NCBI GenBank assembly: GCA_051418015.1
Contig: JBPRGF010000031.1
Coordinates: 1-64,000, forward strand
Source of the DNA: Candidatus Nitrospinota bacterium M3_3B_026
Lineage (GTDB): Bacteria > Nitrospinota_A > UBA7883 > JBPRGF01
Direction of reading: 5' to 3'
DNA: 64,000 bases
Made by a program: the position numbers and the translations under genes
In this document: positions 1 to 8,838 of the stretch, piece after piece
How positions within the stretch are numbered: the first letter of the stretch is position 1
Layout: each line of letters opens with the position of its first letter
Notes under the pieces: generated by a model
Database searches by the model: none
The model's input: only the letters and a program-made list of their open reading frames with translations
What the model was told of the DNA's origin: nothing

Positions 1-1763
1 CTGCCGCATAGGCAGCTTAGAAAATACACGGCCACGAACCCCGTGGCCGCCCAGGGTTGACTGCCGCATAGGCAGCTTAGAAAACCTGTCTTTTTTAGTT
101 GACACCAGGCAAAACGTTGACTGCCGCATAGGCAGCTTAGAAATTTTTAAAAGCGGAGGTCATGCGGCGGCTGGAGTTGACTGCCGCATAGGCAGCTTAG
201 AAAGTCTCCGGCGCCATGATGTCTGTGCCCCACTCGTTGACTGCCGCATAGGCAGCTTAGAAATTAAAGAGGATATGATTGAATTATGATTATTGGTTGA
301 CTGCCGCATAGGCAGCTTAGAAAATGTAATAGCCGCGCATGAGCTCGGTCGCGCTGTTGACTGCCGCATAGGCAGCTTAGAAATATCATCACCCTGCATG
401 TTTTCAAGCGGCAGGGTTGACTGCCGCATAGGCAGCTTAGAAATGATATCACTCTTTCTCTTCTTCACCATGATCGTTGACTGCCGCATAGGCAGCTTAG
501 AAAGCTACAAAGGGGCTTTGAAGGGGCTTGCAAGCGTTGACTGCCGCATAGGCAGCTTAGAAATTGTCAAAAACCCGTTTTCTTCTCGTAGCTCTGTTGA
601 CTGCCGCATAGGCAGCTTAGAAATGTCAATCGAGGCCATGGGGCAGATAGGCAAAGTTGACTGCCGCATAGGCAGCTTAGAAAAGCCGGTTCACCGCTTT
701 CTTCGGCCCGCCGGTGTTGACTGCCGCATAGGCAGCTTAGAAATGTCTGAGCTGGATGATGAGCTGGCTCGGCGCGTTGACTGCCGCATAGGCAGCTTAG
801 AAAAATCATGCTCCACGGCGTTCAGCGATCGGAACGTTGACTGCCGCATAGGCAGCTTAGAAATAATCTGAAGCTTGGCGACCTGGTTGAAGTCAGTTGA
901 CTGCCGCATAGGCAGCTTAGAAATGCCGATGTGTTCCGCGTCCATTGAGACCTCAGTTGACTGCCGCATAGGCAGCTTAGAAATTACAAAAGCCGGGGAA
1001 TTGAGCGGGCGGGACGTTGACTGCCGCATAGGCAGCTTAGAAATGTTTAAAGTTTTCGTTCACGCCGATAGCAAAGTTGACTGCCGCATAGGCAGCTTAG
1101 AAAACGACGACGCCGCGCATGGGGCGGCGTGGGGCGTTGACTGCCGCATAGGCAGCTTAGAAATATCGCTTATTCCGCGGGGTCTCGAAAATCTGGTTGA
1201 CTGCCGCATAGGCAGCTTAGAAATCAAGGCCCACGAGAGACAGGCATTTGTCAGGGTTGACTGCCGCATAGGCAGCTTAGAAATTCCACGTGCCAGACTC
1301 CTATCGACGGGTTTTGTTGACTGCCGCATAGGCAGCTTAGAAATATTTATCGTATCTTTCCCCATGGCGGAAGGGGTTGACTGCCGCATAGGCAGCTTAG
1401 AAAAGTTTGATATGTTCGCCATGAGCGTAAATTGTGTTGACTGCCGCATAGGCAGCTTAGAAAAACTTCGCTAAACTCCGTGCCATTGCCTTTCAGTTGA
1501 CTGCCGCATAGGCAGCTTAGAAATTGCCCTTCAGCAGGCGACCGGCGCGTCGTGGGTTGACTGCCGCATAGGCAGCTTAGAAAATGCCACCGAGCATCTT
1601 GCGAAGCTCTTTGGTGTTGACTGCCGCATAGGCAGCTTAGAAAAGGCTCGAGCGGATCAACAACGATCCATCGCGGTTGACTGCCGCATAGGCAGCTTAG
1701 AAATTTACTACATGGCGGAGGGCAGAACCGACGAAGTTGACTGCCGCATAGGCAGCTTAGAAA
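1..1763 (+). CRISPR. Type I-F-like CRISPR array, truncated by the left window edge: 29 full repeats plus 1 partial, 29 spacers of 32 nt
   Basis: Repeat GTTGACTGCCGCATAGGCAGCTTAGAAA (28 nt) with exact 60-nt period. The CTGCC-GCATA-GGCAG hairpin and CTTAGAAA 3' end resemble the Cas6f/Csy4 I-F repeat. No cas genes in the window. Confidence 0.98.
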
Positions 1764-1783
1764 CCACCGGGCACAGGCGCACA

Positions 1784-1881
1784 TGAACCGCCCCGGGTTT
1801 TCCGGAGACTCCATTATTTGAGAGGATGGAGCCATGAAAAAATCAACAAGGTATTCGCCGGAGGTTAGGGAGCGGGCGGTT
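1784..1881 (+). mobile_element. IS3-family (IS51/IS629-like) left-end remnant with the first ~16 codons of orfA
   Basis: Starts TGAACCGCCCCGGGTTTTCCGGAGACT, a typical IS51-group IRL. RBS then ATG at 1834 encodes MKKSTRYSPEVRERAV, after which similarity ends. Confidence 0.8.
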
Positions 1882-1945
1882 CCGGCCTTCGGGCCGGGCG
1901 GGCATGGCAGAAGGAGCGGGGGAGCGCATGCGGCGTCACAGGTTT

Positions 1946-2117
1946 CGCGCGTCACTCTACCATGCGCCGTCGCCTGTCGCGAGGGGCTGGCGCGGAAGCC
2001 GCTTTGAGATTTTCGTGACGCGACGGCGTCGTCCGGCGCAAAAATCGCTTTCGCGGGTTCCGTGACAGACGCTGAGCGGACATGCCAAACTTACGGCGCG
2101 TGGTAGAGTGACGCGCG
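1946..2117. repeat. 25-bp inverted repeat pair (1946-1970 / 2093-2117, 1 mismatch) within a cluster of GTGAC/GTCAC motifs
   Basis: CGCGCGTCACTCTACCATGCGCCGT versus ACGGCGCGTGGTAGAGTGACGCGCG, separated by 122 bp. Confidence 0.85.
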
Positions 2118-2285
2118 GGACAACGGCGTTAGCGCGTGGCAAATCAGTACGTTCCGCGCCACCTGTCGGAGTGACGCTGGCTTACAAGGCGTTTTGCTCG
2201 GCAAACGCCTCCTGGGCGCGGCGGCCGTCCACGGAGAAACGCTGAACGGAGATAAAAAAAAATAAAAAAACCGGCGAAAAAAAAC

Positions 2286-2313
2286 TTGCAGCCGCCGCCG
2301 GAGTGTGTATAAT
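2286..2313 (+). promoter_or_regulatory. sigma70-like promoter with upstream A-tracts
   Basis: TTGCAG-N16-TATAAT, preceded by long A-tracts (UP-element-like) in GC-rich surroundings. Confidence 0.6.
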
Positions 2314-2319
2314 TTACTT

Positions 2320-2985
2320 ACTTGTTTTTATTTTCCGCTTCTTCGTGAAGCACTCCCTTCGGGGACCTAAAGGACCTGGGTTTTAGCCCCGGGCCCTTCC
2401 AGACAGCGGACCGGCGGGTCCGCCACATGTCCGGCGGGATGTTTTTCCCGCCGCGAACCTTTGCACTCTGCAGAGGGGTGAGGATATGTGTGTCTTCACC
2501 TCGCTGCAGTTTCACAGCCACAAGCGTTCCTTTGTAAGCTGGACAAATCTCCGCGCAGTTCACGAGCGCGCGGAGACCAGCTGCGCCCCCCCCCCATAGG
2601 GGGCGAAACAGGCAATCGAAAAGAACCGTATCATTCCTTCACCCTTTCCACCACGCGCGGATCATGTTTTCCGGGCTCGCTGGTGGAAGAGGGCTTTCCG
2701 TTTTTTCCATCGGACGTGGCCGGAGCGCCCTGAAAAAATCCGGCGAGGCGGGATAGTGGCTGACCGCCTCATGCTCCAGCGCTCGTGACGCCGGAGCTCG
2801 GGATGCGTCCCGGGGCCCCTTATTAGCCGGGGCCTGCATCGCCCGCCTGGTACAAGGAGCCAGGCGCCAGGTCACCCGCAACGGCACGTCCAGCGGCTCT
2901 GGCCTGTCGATCGCTTGATCGGGGCAGTAACACTAATCGCAAAATTGGCGGGCTAAACGACAGGAGAGAACCGCGGTTCGAGGAG
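2320..2985 (+). ncRNA. Putative large structured RNA or long 5' leader upstream of the recombinase
   Basis: More than 10 nested or adjacent stems, including a UUCG tetraloop and G-U wobble pairs; no credible CDS in the interval. Confidence 0.5.
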
Positions 2986-2991
2986 GTACGG

Positions 2992-3876
2992 ATGCACAAC
3001 GTTAAGTTCCAAGTACAGCAAATCATCAAACAGAATCCCCCGCGCAGCTACGCCACAAGGCGCGCCCGCGAGGTGAGCCTTCACAAATTCGCCGGCTGGT
3101 TGATAAGGAATTACCCGTCGCTGAGGAAAATCAATAGCCTCAAACCGAAGATGATCAACGCTTACGTCCAACACCTGAAGTCCAGGAACCTGTCCACCGG
3201 GACGCTGAAGAACAACATCTCTCACCTGCGGTTCCTGGCCCGCTCCATCGACAAGGCGAACATCATCCCTCGGACGAACGCCGAGTTCGGGATAGGCCCC
3301 CGCCGGTATGCGTCTCCGGAATCGCGCGCCCGCGAAATTCCCCCAGGAAGCCTGGAGCGATTGCCGGAGGGGCACCGTCTCGGCGTCGAGCTCCAGCGGG
3401 CGTTCGGCTTGCGGACGTCTGAGGTGGGCAAGTTCCGGGTAGCGGTAGCCGACAGGGGTACGCACCTGTCGATGGTCGGATCCTGGTGCAAGAACGCCAG
3501 ACCGCGATCGATCGACATTCGGAACGGCTCGCAACGCGCTCTCCTCGAGCGCCTGCGCGGATACCTCGTCCGAAACGGTCAGTCGAATCTGATTCCAACG
3601 TCAAAGAGTTACAGGCAATGGGAGCGGAGCTACTACCGCGCCATCGCAGCGAACCTCGGCGTCGTCCGGGGTCACAACCTGCGGCATGCTTTCGCGGCCC
3701 AGCTTTACACGGAGCGGACGAGGGGGCTGAGACCACCGAACCAGGGCGGGCCGCTCCTTCGGGAGATGGACACCGAGACCCGCGTCCGGGCGAGAGACGC
3801 TTACCAGATCGTAGCCAGCGAACTCGGTCATAGCAGAGCCACCATCAGCAAATCTTACCTGGGCGGACTTGGATGA
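2992..3876 (+). CDS. Tyrosine recombinase, Phage_int_SAM_2 + Integrase_1-like type
   Basis: GAGGAGG RBS. N-terminal SYAT...SLKPK..I.AY...GTLKN.ISHLR motif; catalytic GLR, K, HNLRH, LGH, YLG. Confidence 0.85.
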   Translation: MHNVKFQVQQIIKQNPPRSYATRRAREVSLHKFAGWLIRNYPSLRKINSLKPKMINAYVQHLKSRNLSTGTLKNNISHLRFLARSIDKANIIPRTNAEFGIGPRRYASPESRAREIPPGSLERLPEGHRLGVELQRAFGLRTSEVGKFRVAVADRGTHLSMVGSWCKNARPRSIDIRNGSQRALLERLRGYLVRNGQSNLIPTSKSYRQWERSYYRAIAANLGVVRGHNLRHAFAAQLYTERTRGLRPPNQGGPLLREMDTETRVRARDAYQIVASELGHSRATISKSYLGGLG

Positions 3877-3891
3877 GAAAGAGCTGAAAAC

Positions 3892-5223
3892 ATGTTGAGG
3901 GCGCATACCTTTTCCGGTAGCCTGAGCACGCAGGACTCAGCGTATCTCAGACTGGTAAGATCGTGGAAGGGGAGAGGATTGCGCGTCAACATTCGCCCGG
4001 AGCGGCGGCATGAGAATTGTCAGGATTGCGGCGCAAGGTTCAGCCCGGATAACGGCTTCAGATGCAATTTCCACAACCGGGAGCCGCGTTACACCGTGCT
4101 GGATATAACCGGACTGAAAACGGCTGATCTCTCCGCCGCGCGCAACATGGACAGGGCGCGGGTGGAGATACGGCGGATGAACGGGGTGAAGCTGAGCCTG
4201 GACATGGCCGTCTCCCTTAAAGCGAGGATTGAAGCGGAGATAATGTCCGGCGTATTCCGCCCGCAGCTTTACACCGAAGGCTCCAAGCATCTGAAATTCT
4301 CCGCATTCGCGGAGCGCTATATCCGCAAACTGGAGAGACGGTATGAACGCAAGGAGATATCCATGGACCACCTGGCTGATATCAGGGGCGCCTTTGGCAG
4401 GCATTTTGGTTATCTTGAGCCGATGGAGATTCGATCCATCGGGCCGCAGGCCCTTGCGGACTGGATCGAGGAGCGGCGGCGGAAAAAAGTCTCCGCCAAG
4501 CGGATCAACAAGCTCCTTACATATCTCGGAGGGCTGTTCCAGGATGCGATGATGATGGAGATAGTCAACTCCAACCCGGTGGCGAAGAGGTTGAGAATAC
4601 CCGTGTCCAACGAACGCCGCAGGCCGGCGCCCGAGCGCGTATGGATTGAGATCATCGCCTCCATCGAGGAGAAACACAGGCCGTTCTTCATGTTCGGCTA
4701 CCTGACGGGATGGAGATGGAAAGAAATATCCGGGCTGCAGATCAGCGATATCGACTGGCAGGCGGGCGCCATTTACAGGAATCATACCCTGAGCAGGGAT
4801 GGGCTTCGCCGGTCTTTAAAGCGCAGGGAGAAGACGGGGGCGCCCTATCCCATCACGCCGGACATAGAGCCGATACTGCGCGAGGCGACGCGGGACAGGA
4901 TCGCGGGACATGTTTTTGTCTACCGCTCCACGAAGACAGGCGGGATGATGCCGTATCGCGCGTCACGGGCGGGGGCGTTGTGGCGGGCCGCCTGTGAAAA
5001 GGCGGAGCACGAGGGCCTCAAGAAACACTTGATGCGCCATTCTCTTGCCACGCGGCTGAAGAGTCAGGGGCGAAACGACGAGGAAATCGCCGCCGTCCTG
5101 GGCAACACAAGCGGCGTCGTGAGGGCTTTCTACGCATCGTATGAGCTTGAGCGTTTGGCTCAGATTCTGGATTTGTCCGCAAATGTCCGCAAATTTCACA
5201 GCGACGCCGAAGAGGCTTTGTGA
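3892..5223 (+). CDS. Phage/genomic-island-type tyrosine integrase (start may be TTG at 3979)
   Basis: Core-binding SAM-like region, TGWRWKEI, HLMRH, LGN..VVRAFY; ends 38 bp before the tRNA. Confidence 0.85.
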   Translation: MLRAHTFSGSLSTQDSAYLRLVRSWKGRGLRVNIRPERRHENCQDCGARFSPDNGFRCNFHNREPRYTVLDITGLKTADLSAARNMDRARVEIRRMNGVKLSLDMAVSLKARIEAEIMSGVFRPQLYTEGSKHLKFSAFAERYIRKLERRYERKEISMDHLADIRGAFGRHFGYLEPMEIRSIGPQALADWIEERRRKKVSAKRINKLLTYLGGLFQDAMMMEIVNSNPVAKRLRIPVSNERRRPAPERVWIEIIASIEEKHRPFFMFGYLTGWRWKEISGLQISDIDWQAGAIYRNHTLSRDGLRRSLKRREKTGAPYPITPDIEPILREATRDRIAGHVFVYRSTKTGGMMPYRASRAGALWRAACEKAEHEGLKKHLMRHSLATRLKSQGRNDEEIAAVLGNTSGVVRAFYASYELERLAQILDLSANVRKFHSDAEEAL

Positions 5224-5261
5224 TATATTAATAACAAGATATTCAAAGGTTTAACAGCCCC

Positions 5262-5338
5262 GCGCCCGTAGCTCAGCCGGATAGAGCAACGGACTTCTAA
5301 TCCGTAGGCCGCAGGTTCGAATCCTGCCGGGCGCGCCA
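5262..5338 (+). tRNA. tRNA-Arg (anticodon TCT)
   Basis: GCGCCCG/CGGGCGC acceptor stem, anticodon arm ACGGA-CTTCTAA-TCCGT, GGTTCGAATCC T-loop, encoded CCA. Confidence 0.97.
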
Positions 5339-5556
5339 TTTTTACAGCTAATTAAACAATCCCCCTTAGCGCCTGCGATGACGGCGGCGCGGTTCGCGTG
5401 GTCGATCGTGGCGCTCCCCCTAACTTGTCTTCAGCGGTTAAATCCATAGGGGGAACTATGAAAGCGATATATTCCCAACATCCCTTTGCCATCAAATGCG
5501 CTATTGCCCTGTTCAAGGGAGACAAAACGGCCGGGCTTATGACTATGTCAAGATGT

Positions 5557-5778
5557 TCATGATTCACCGGACGCGCGGCCGGGGTCCCGCTCATTCTCTC
5601 CCGGTTCGTCTCCGCTTTCCGGAACAGGCAGAAGCGGGTCGTCGTCATCCATGATGATCCTGGCGGGCGGGGCCTCCATGTCGTCGTACTGGCCGCTTTT
5701 CACCGCCCAGAAGAGGACGCCGACCATCACCAGGCCGAAAAGGAGCATGAAGGGGAGAAGACCGTAGATGACTTCCAT
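5557..5778 (-). CDS. ccoS: cbb3-type oxidase maturation protein CcoS/FixS
   Basis: Short TM protein with WAVKSGQYDD motif at the end of the cco operon. Confidence 0.9.
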   Translation of the reverse strand: MEVIYGLLPFMLLFGLVMVGVLFWAVKSGQYDDMEAPPARIIMDDDDPLLPVPESGDEPGENERDPGRASGES

Positions 5779-5792
5779 TTTTCAGTCTCCGC

Positions 5793-8300
5793 TCACTCCG
5801 CCTTTATCCTGGACGCGCTGGCTATCACCGCAAGGGAGCCAAGCGGCATGGCGAAGGCCGCCACGACGGGGGTGACGTATCCCATAACCGCCAGCGGGAC
5901 CAGGACGGCGTTGTATCCGAGGGAGATGGCGATGTTCCTCCGGATCACGGCCAGCGTCCGCTTGGCGACGCCGAAAGAGAGCCTGACAAGCTCGAGCCTG
6001 GAGCCGGTTATCACCACGTCCGCGCTCTCCACCGAGACATCCGCCCCGGAGGCCATGGCTATCCCCGCGTCCGCGAGAAGAAGGGCCGGAGCGTCGTTCA
6101 CACCGTCGCCGACCATGACGACCTTTTCCCCGCGGGCCTTCAACTCCCTGATCGCCCCGGCCTTGTCCTCCGGCCTCATCCCGGCCCGCGCGGGAACGGA
6201 TCCCAGGACGTCCGCCGTCTTCCTGGTCACGCGCCAGCTGTCCCCGGTGAAGATGGAGACCTTCACCCCCCCGTCCAGCAGCGACCGTACCACACCGGCG
6301 GCGTCCTCCCGCAGCTTGTCCTCAAGCTGGATCATGCCCGCCGTCTCCCCGTCCACCGCCACGAAGACGGACGAGACGGCGGCCTCCTCCATCCGCTCCG
6401 CCTCGCTCAGCAGGGCGTCCGGGACGGCCGCTCCGAGAGAAGCCAAAAACGCCGCGGAGCCGACGGACACTCGCTTCCCCCCAGCCGTTCCGGAGACTCC
6501 GCCTCCGGGGTGGTATGAAAAGTCCGCGGCCTCGTGACCCCTTGCCAGGCCCCGTCTTTCCGCCTCTTTCACTATCGCGCCGCCGATGGCGTGCTCGGAG
6601 CTTTCCTCCACGGCCGCGGCGAGCGATAGAACCTCCCCGGCTCCGAACATCCCCCACGGTTTCACGGCCGCCACGCTCATCGTCCCCTCCGTCAGGGCTC
6701 CGGTCTTGTCGAAGACGAAATGTGTCGCCACGGCCAGCGCCTCCAGCGCCTCTCCGCTTTTTACCAGGATTCCTTTGCGCGCCGCGGCCCCGGACGCCAT
6801 GGCCACGGCCATCGGCGTGGCCAGCCCCAGGGCGCACGGGCAGGTGATTATGAGAACCGACGTGGCGGTGATGAGGGCCGTCTCCATCCCGCTCCGCATC
6901 CAATACGCGAAGGTCCCGGCCGCCAGCAGAAGAGTCACAAGGATGAAGTATGGGACGACGCCGTCCGCCAGGCGGGCGATGGGCGCCTTGGAGGCCTGGG
7001 CCTTCTCGATCAGCTCCGCCATCCTGGCAAGCGCCGTATCCTTCATCGGGCGGTCCACCCGGACCTTCAGCGTCCCCAGGCCGTTCATGGACCCGGCGAT
7101 CACGCGGCCGCCCGCGCGTTTTTTCACCGGCCTGGACTCGCCCGTGATGATAGACTCGTTCACGGCGCTCTCCCCCCATTCCACGCCCCCGTCCACAGGT
7201 ATCCTTTCGCCCGGCTTCACCAGGACAAGATCCCCCGGTTTCACCGAGCGGATGTATACAGTCTTTTCCCCATCGCCGGTCATCACGGCGGCGGAGCGGG
7301 GTTGAAGCTCCATCAGCCTGCCCGCCGCGGAGGCCGCCTTGTCGCGGAAGGCCGCGTCCAGGTACCTGCCGATCAGCAGGACGAACAGGAAGAAGATCAC
7401 CGTGTCGAAATAGACCTCCCCCGCGGCGGAGCCGGAGAGCGTGACGTAGGCCGAGTAAAGATACGTGGCCAGCGCGCCGATGGCGATCGGCAGGTCCATG
7501 GTGGGGTAGGCCCGCTTCAGCCCCCCCGCCGCTCCTTTAAGGAAGGGCCACCCGGAGTAGAAGACCACCGGCGTGGCCAGGGCGAAGCCGACGTGGTGGA
7601 GGAAGTCCCTGTACTCGTCCCGCGCCGCGCCCGTCCACAGGGCTATGGATACCCACATCATGTTCATGGCGGCGAACCCGGCGAACCCGATGCGGAACAG
7701 CATGGCCCGGCGCCTCCGCCGCGCGGCCGCCTCGGCGGACTCGGCGGAGTATGGCGTGGCGGTGTAGCCTATCCGGCCCAGGGCGTTGATGATCTGGGAG
7801 AGTTTCAGCCGTCCGCCGTCCCACCGAACCCGCATTCTCCGGCCCGCCAGATTCACCTCGGCGGACTCGACGCCCGGCGTCCTCTCCATCGCCCGCTCTA
7901 TCAGCCAGACGCAGGCGGCGCAGTGAATCCCCTCCACCAGGAGGCTGGCCTCCTTGCGGCGGCCGTTCCTTACGCCGAAGTCCTTTTCGGCCTCGGCAAG
8001 GTCGAACACCTCCGCGTCCGGCGGCGGCTCCGGCGGGGCGGAGAGCGGCCCCGGCCCCTCCCTTCGGCTGTAGAAGCCGTCAAGCCCCGCCTCGTATATG
8101 GCAAGGCAGACCGTCTTGCACCCTATGCAGCAGAAAAGCCGCGTCTTTCCCCCCGCCTCCGCCGTCCACGCGCCGGAGGAGGGGATGGAAAGGCCGCAGT
8201 GGTAGCAGACACTCTCAGTCCCGCGCTCTCGCGCGGGCTCTTTAACGGCCCCTTTCGCCGCCGCTGACGGCGCGGGGATGGATTCGCGGGCTCTACTCAT
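5793..8300 (-). CDS. ccoI: Cu-translocating P1B-type ATPase CcoI/FixI
   Basis: N-terminal CYHC/CCIGC, HMA CAAC, TGES, CPC, DKTG, GDGVND. Confidence 0.93.
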   Translation of the reverse strand: MSRARESIPAPSAAAKGAVKEPARERGTESVCYHCGLSIPSSGAWTAEAGGKTRLFCCIGCKTVCLAIYEAGLDGFYSRREGPGPLSAPPEPPPDAEVFDLAEAEKDFGVRNGRRKEASLLVEGIHCAACVWLIERAMERTPGVESAEVNLAGRRMRVRWDGGRLKLSQIINALGRIGYTATPYSAESAEAAARRRRRAMLFRIGFAGFAAMNMMWVSIALWTGAARDEYRDFLHHVGFALATPVVFYSGWPFLKGAAGGLKRAYPTMDLPIAIGALATYLYSAYVTLSGSAAGEVYFDTVIFFLFVLLIGRYLDAAFRDKAASAAGRLMELQPRSAAVMTGDGEKTVYIRSVKPGDLVLVKPGERIPVDGGVEWGESAVNESIITGESRPVKKRAGGRVIAGSMNGLGTLKVRVDRPMKDTALARMAELIEKAQASKAPIARLADGVVPYFILVTLLLAAGTFAYWMRSGMETALITATSVLIITCPCALGLATPMAVAMASGAAARKGILVKSGEALEALAVATHFVFDKTGALTEGTMSVAAVKPWGMFGAGEVLSLAAAVEESSEHAIGGAIVKEAERRGLARGHEAADFSYHPGGGVSGTAGGKRVSVGSAAFLASLGAAVPDALLSEAERMEEAAVSSVFVAVDGETAGMIQLEDKLREDAAGVVRSLLDGGVKVSIFTGDSWRVTRKTADVLGSVPARAGMRPEDKAGAIRELKARGEKVVMVGDGVNDAPALLLADAGIAMASGADVSVESADVVITGSRLELVRLSFGVAKRTLAVIRRNIAISLGYNAVLVPLAVMGYVTPVVAAFAMPLGSLAVIASASRIKAE

Positions 8301-8808
8301 CTACGCGTATCCTCTTCGCGGCCGACTCGCGCGCCCCGCCCGACGAGAACTCCGCTATCAGATCCCACTCCCCTTTGAGGGGGAAGGAGATATCCGCCGC
8401 CATCACACCGTCCGCCGTCATTTCCATTGCGGCGGAAAAGTCCATGGAGGCGTCCGAGGGGCGGTATGCGTAGACGACCGCGGCGCCGGAGACGGTCATC
8501 CCGTCCCCGTCCAACGGCGCCTTCAGCGTAAAGCGGGCGGGCTTTCCCATGGTCACCCTCTCCGGCGCGAAAAAGGCCAGTTTCCACCCCGGCCGTCCGT
8601 CTTTGGCCATCTCGAGACGGGAGCGCGAGGCGTAGCTTTTCCCCCTTTCGTAGTAGTCCTCCACGACCAGGCCGGGGTTCGTGGCGACGGCGATGAAAGC
8701 CATCGCGAAGTTGGCCGCCACTCCCGATCCGATGATCCCCGCTATGGCCCAGACCCACGGATTTTTGAGGGCGCCGCCGTCCTCCTCGTCCGTTCTTTTG
8801 TCCGTCAT
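8293..8808 (-). CDS. ccoH: FixH/CcoH family protein
   Basis: TM helix followed by GLVVEDYYERG; operon position. Confidence 0.85.
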   Translation of the reverse strand: MTDKRTDEEDGGALKNPWVWAIAGIIGSGVAANFAMAFIAVATNPGLVVEDYYERGKSYASRSRLEMAKDGRPGWKLAFFAPERVTMGKPARFTLKAPLDGDGMTVSGAAVVYAYRPSDASMDFSAAMEMTADGVMAADISFPLKGEWDLIAEFSSGGARESAAKRIRVDE

Positions 8809-8838
8809 GTCATCGGCCTCTTTTTGCGCGCCCCGGGG

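Noticed and set aside
160..1474. ORFs with repeated VDCRIGSLE / SKLPMRQST / FLSCLCGSQ peptides
   Set aside because: Translations of the 60-nt-period CRISPR repeat, not proteins.
2318..3029. Several short ORFs upstream of recombinase 1
   Set aside because: Overlapping, no RBS or recognisable motifs; the region is better explained as structured non-coding sequence.
2992..5223. Possible cas genes or integron integrase next to the array
   Set aside because: Both ORFs carry tyrosine-recombinase motifs, not Cas motifs; no IntI-specific insertion or attC cassette array was seen.
5340..5556. Short ORF (MKAIYSQHPF...) or att remnant after the tRNA
   Set aside because: Only 34 codons, no motif and no repeat partner found in the window.
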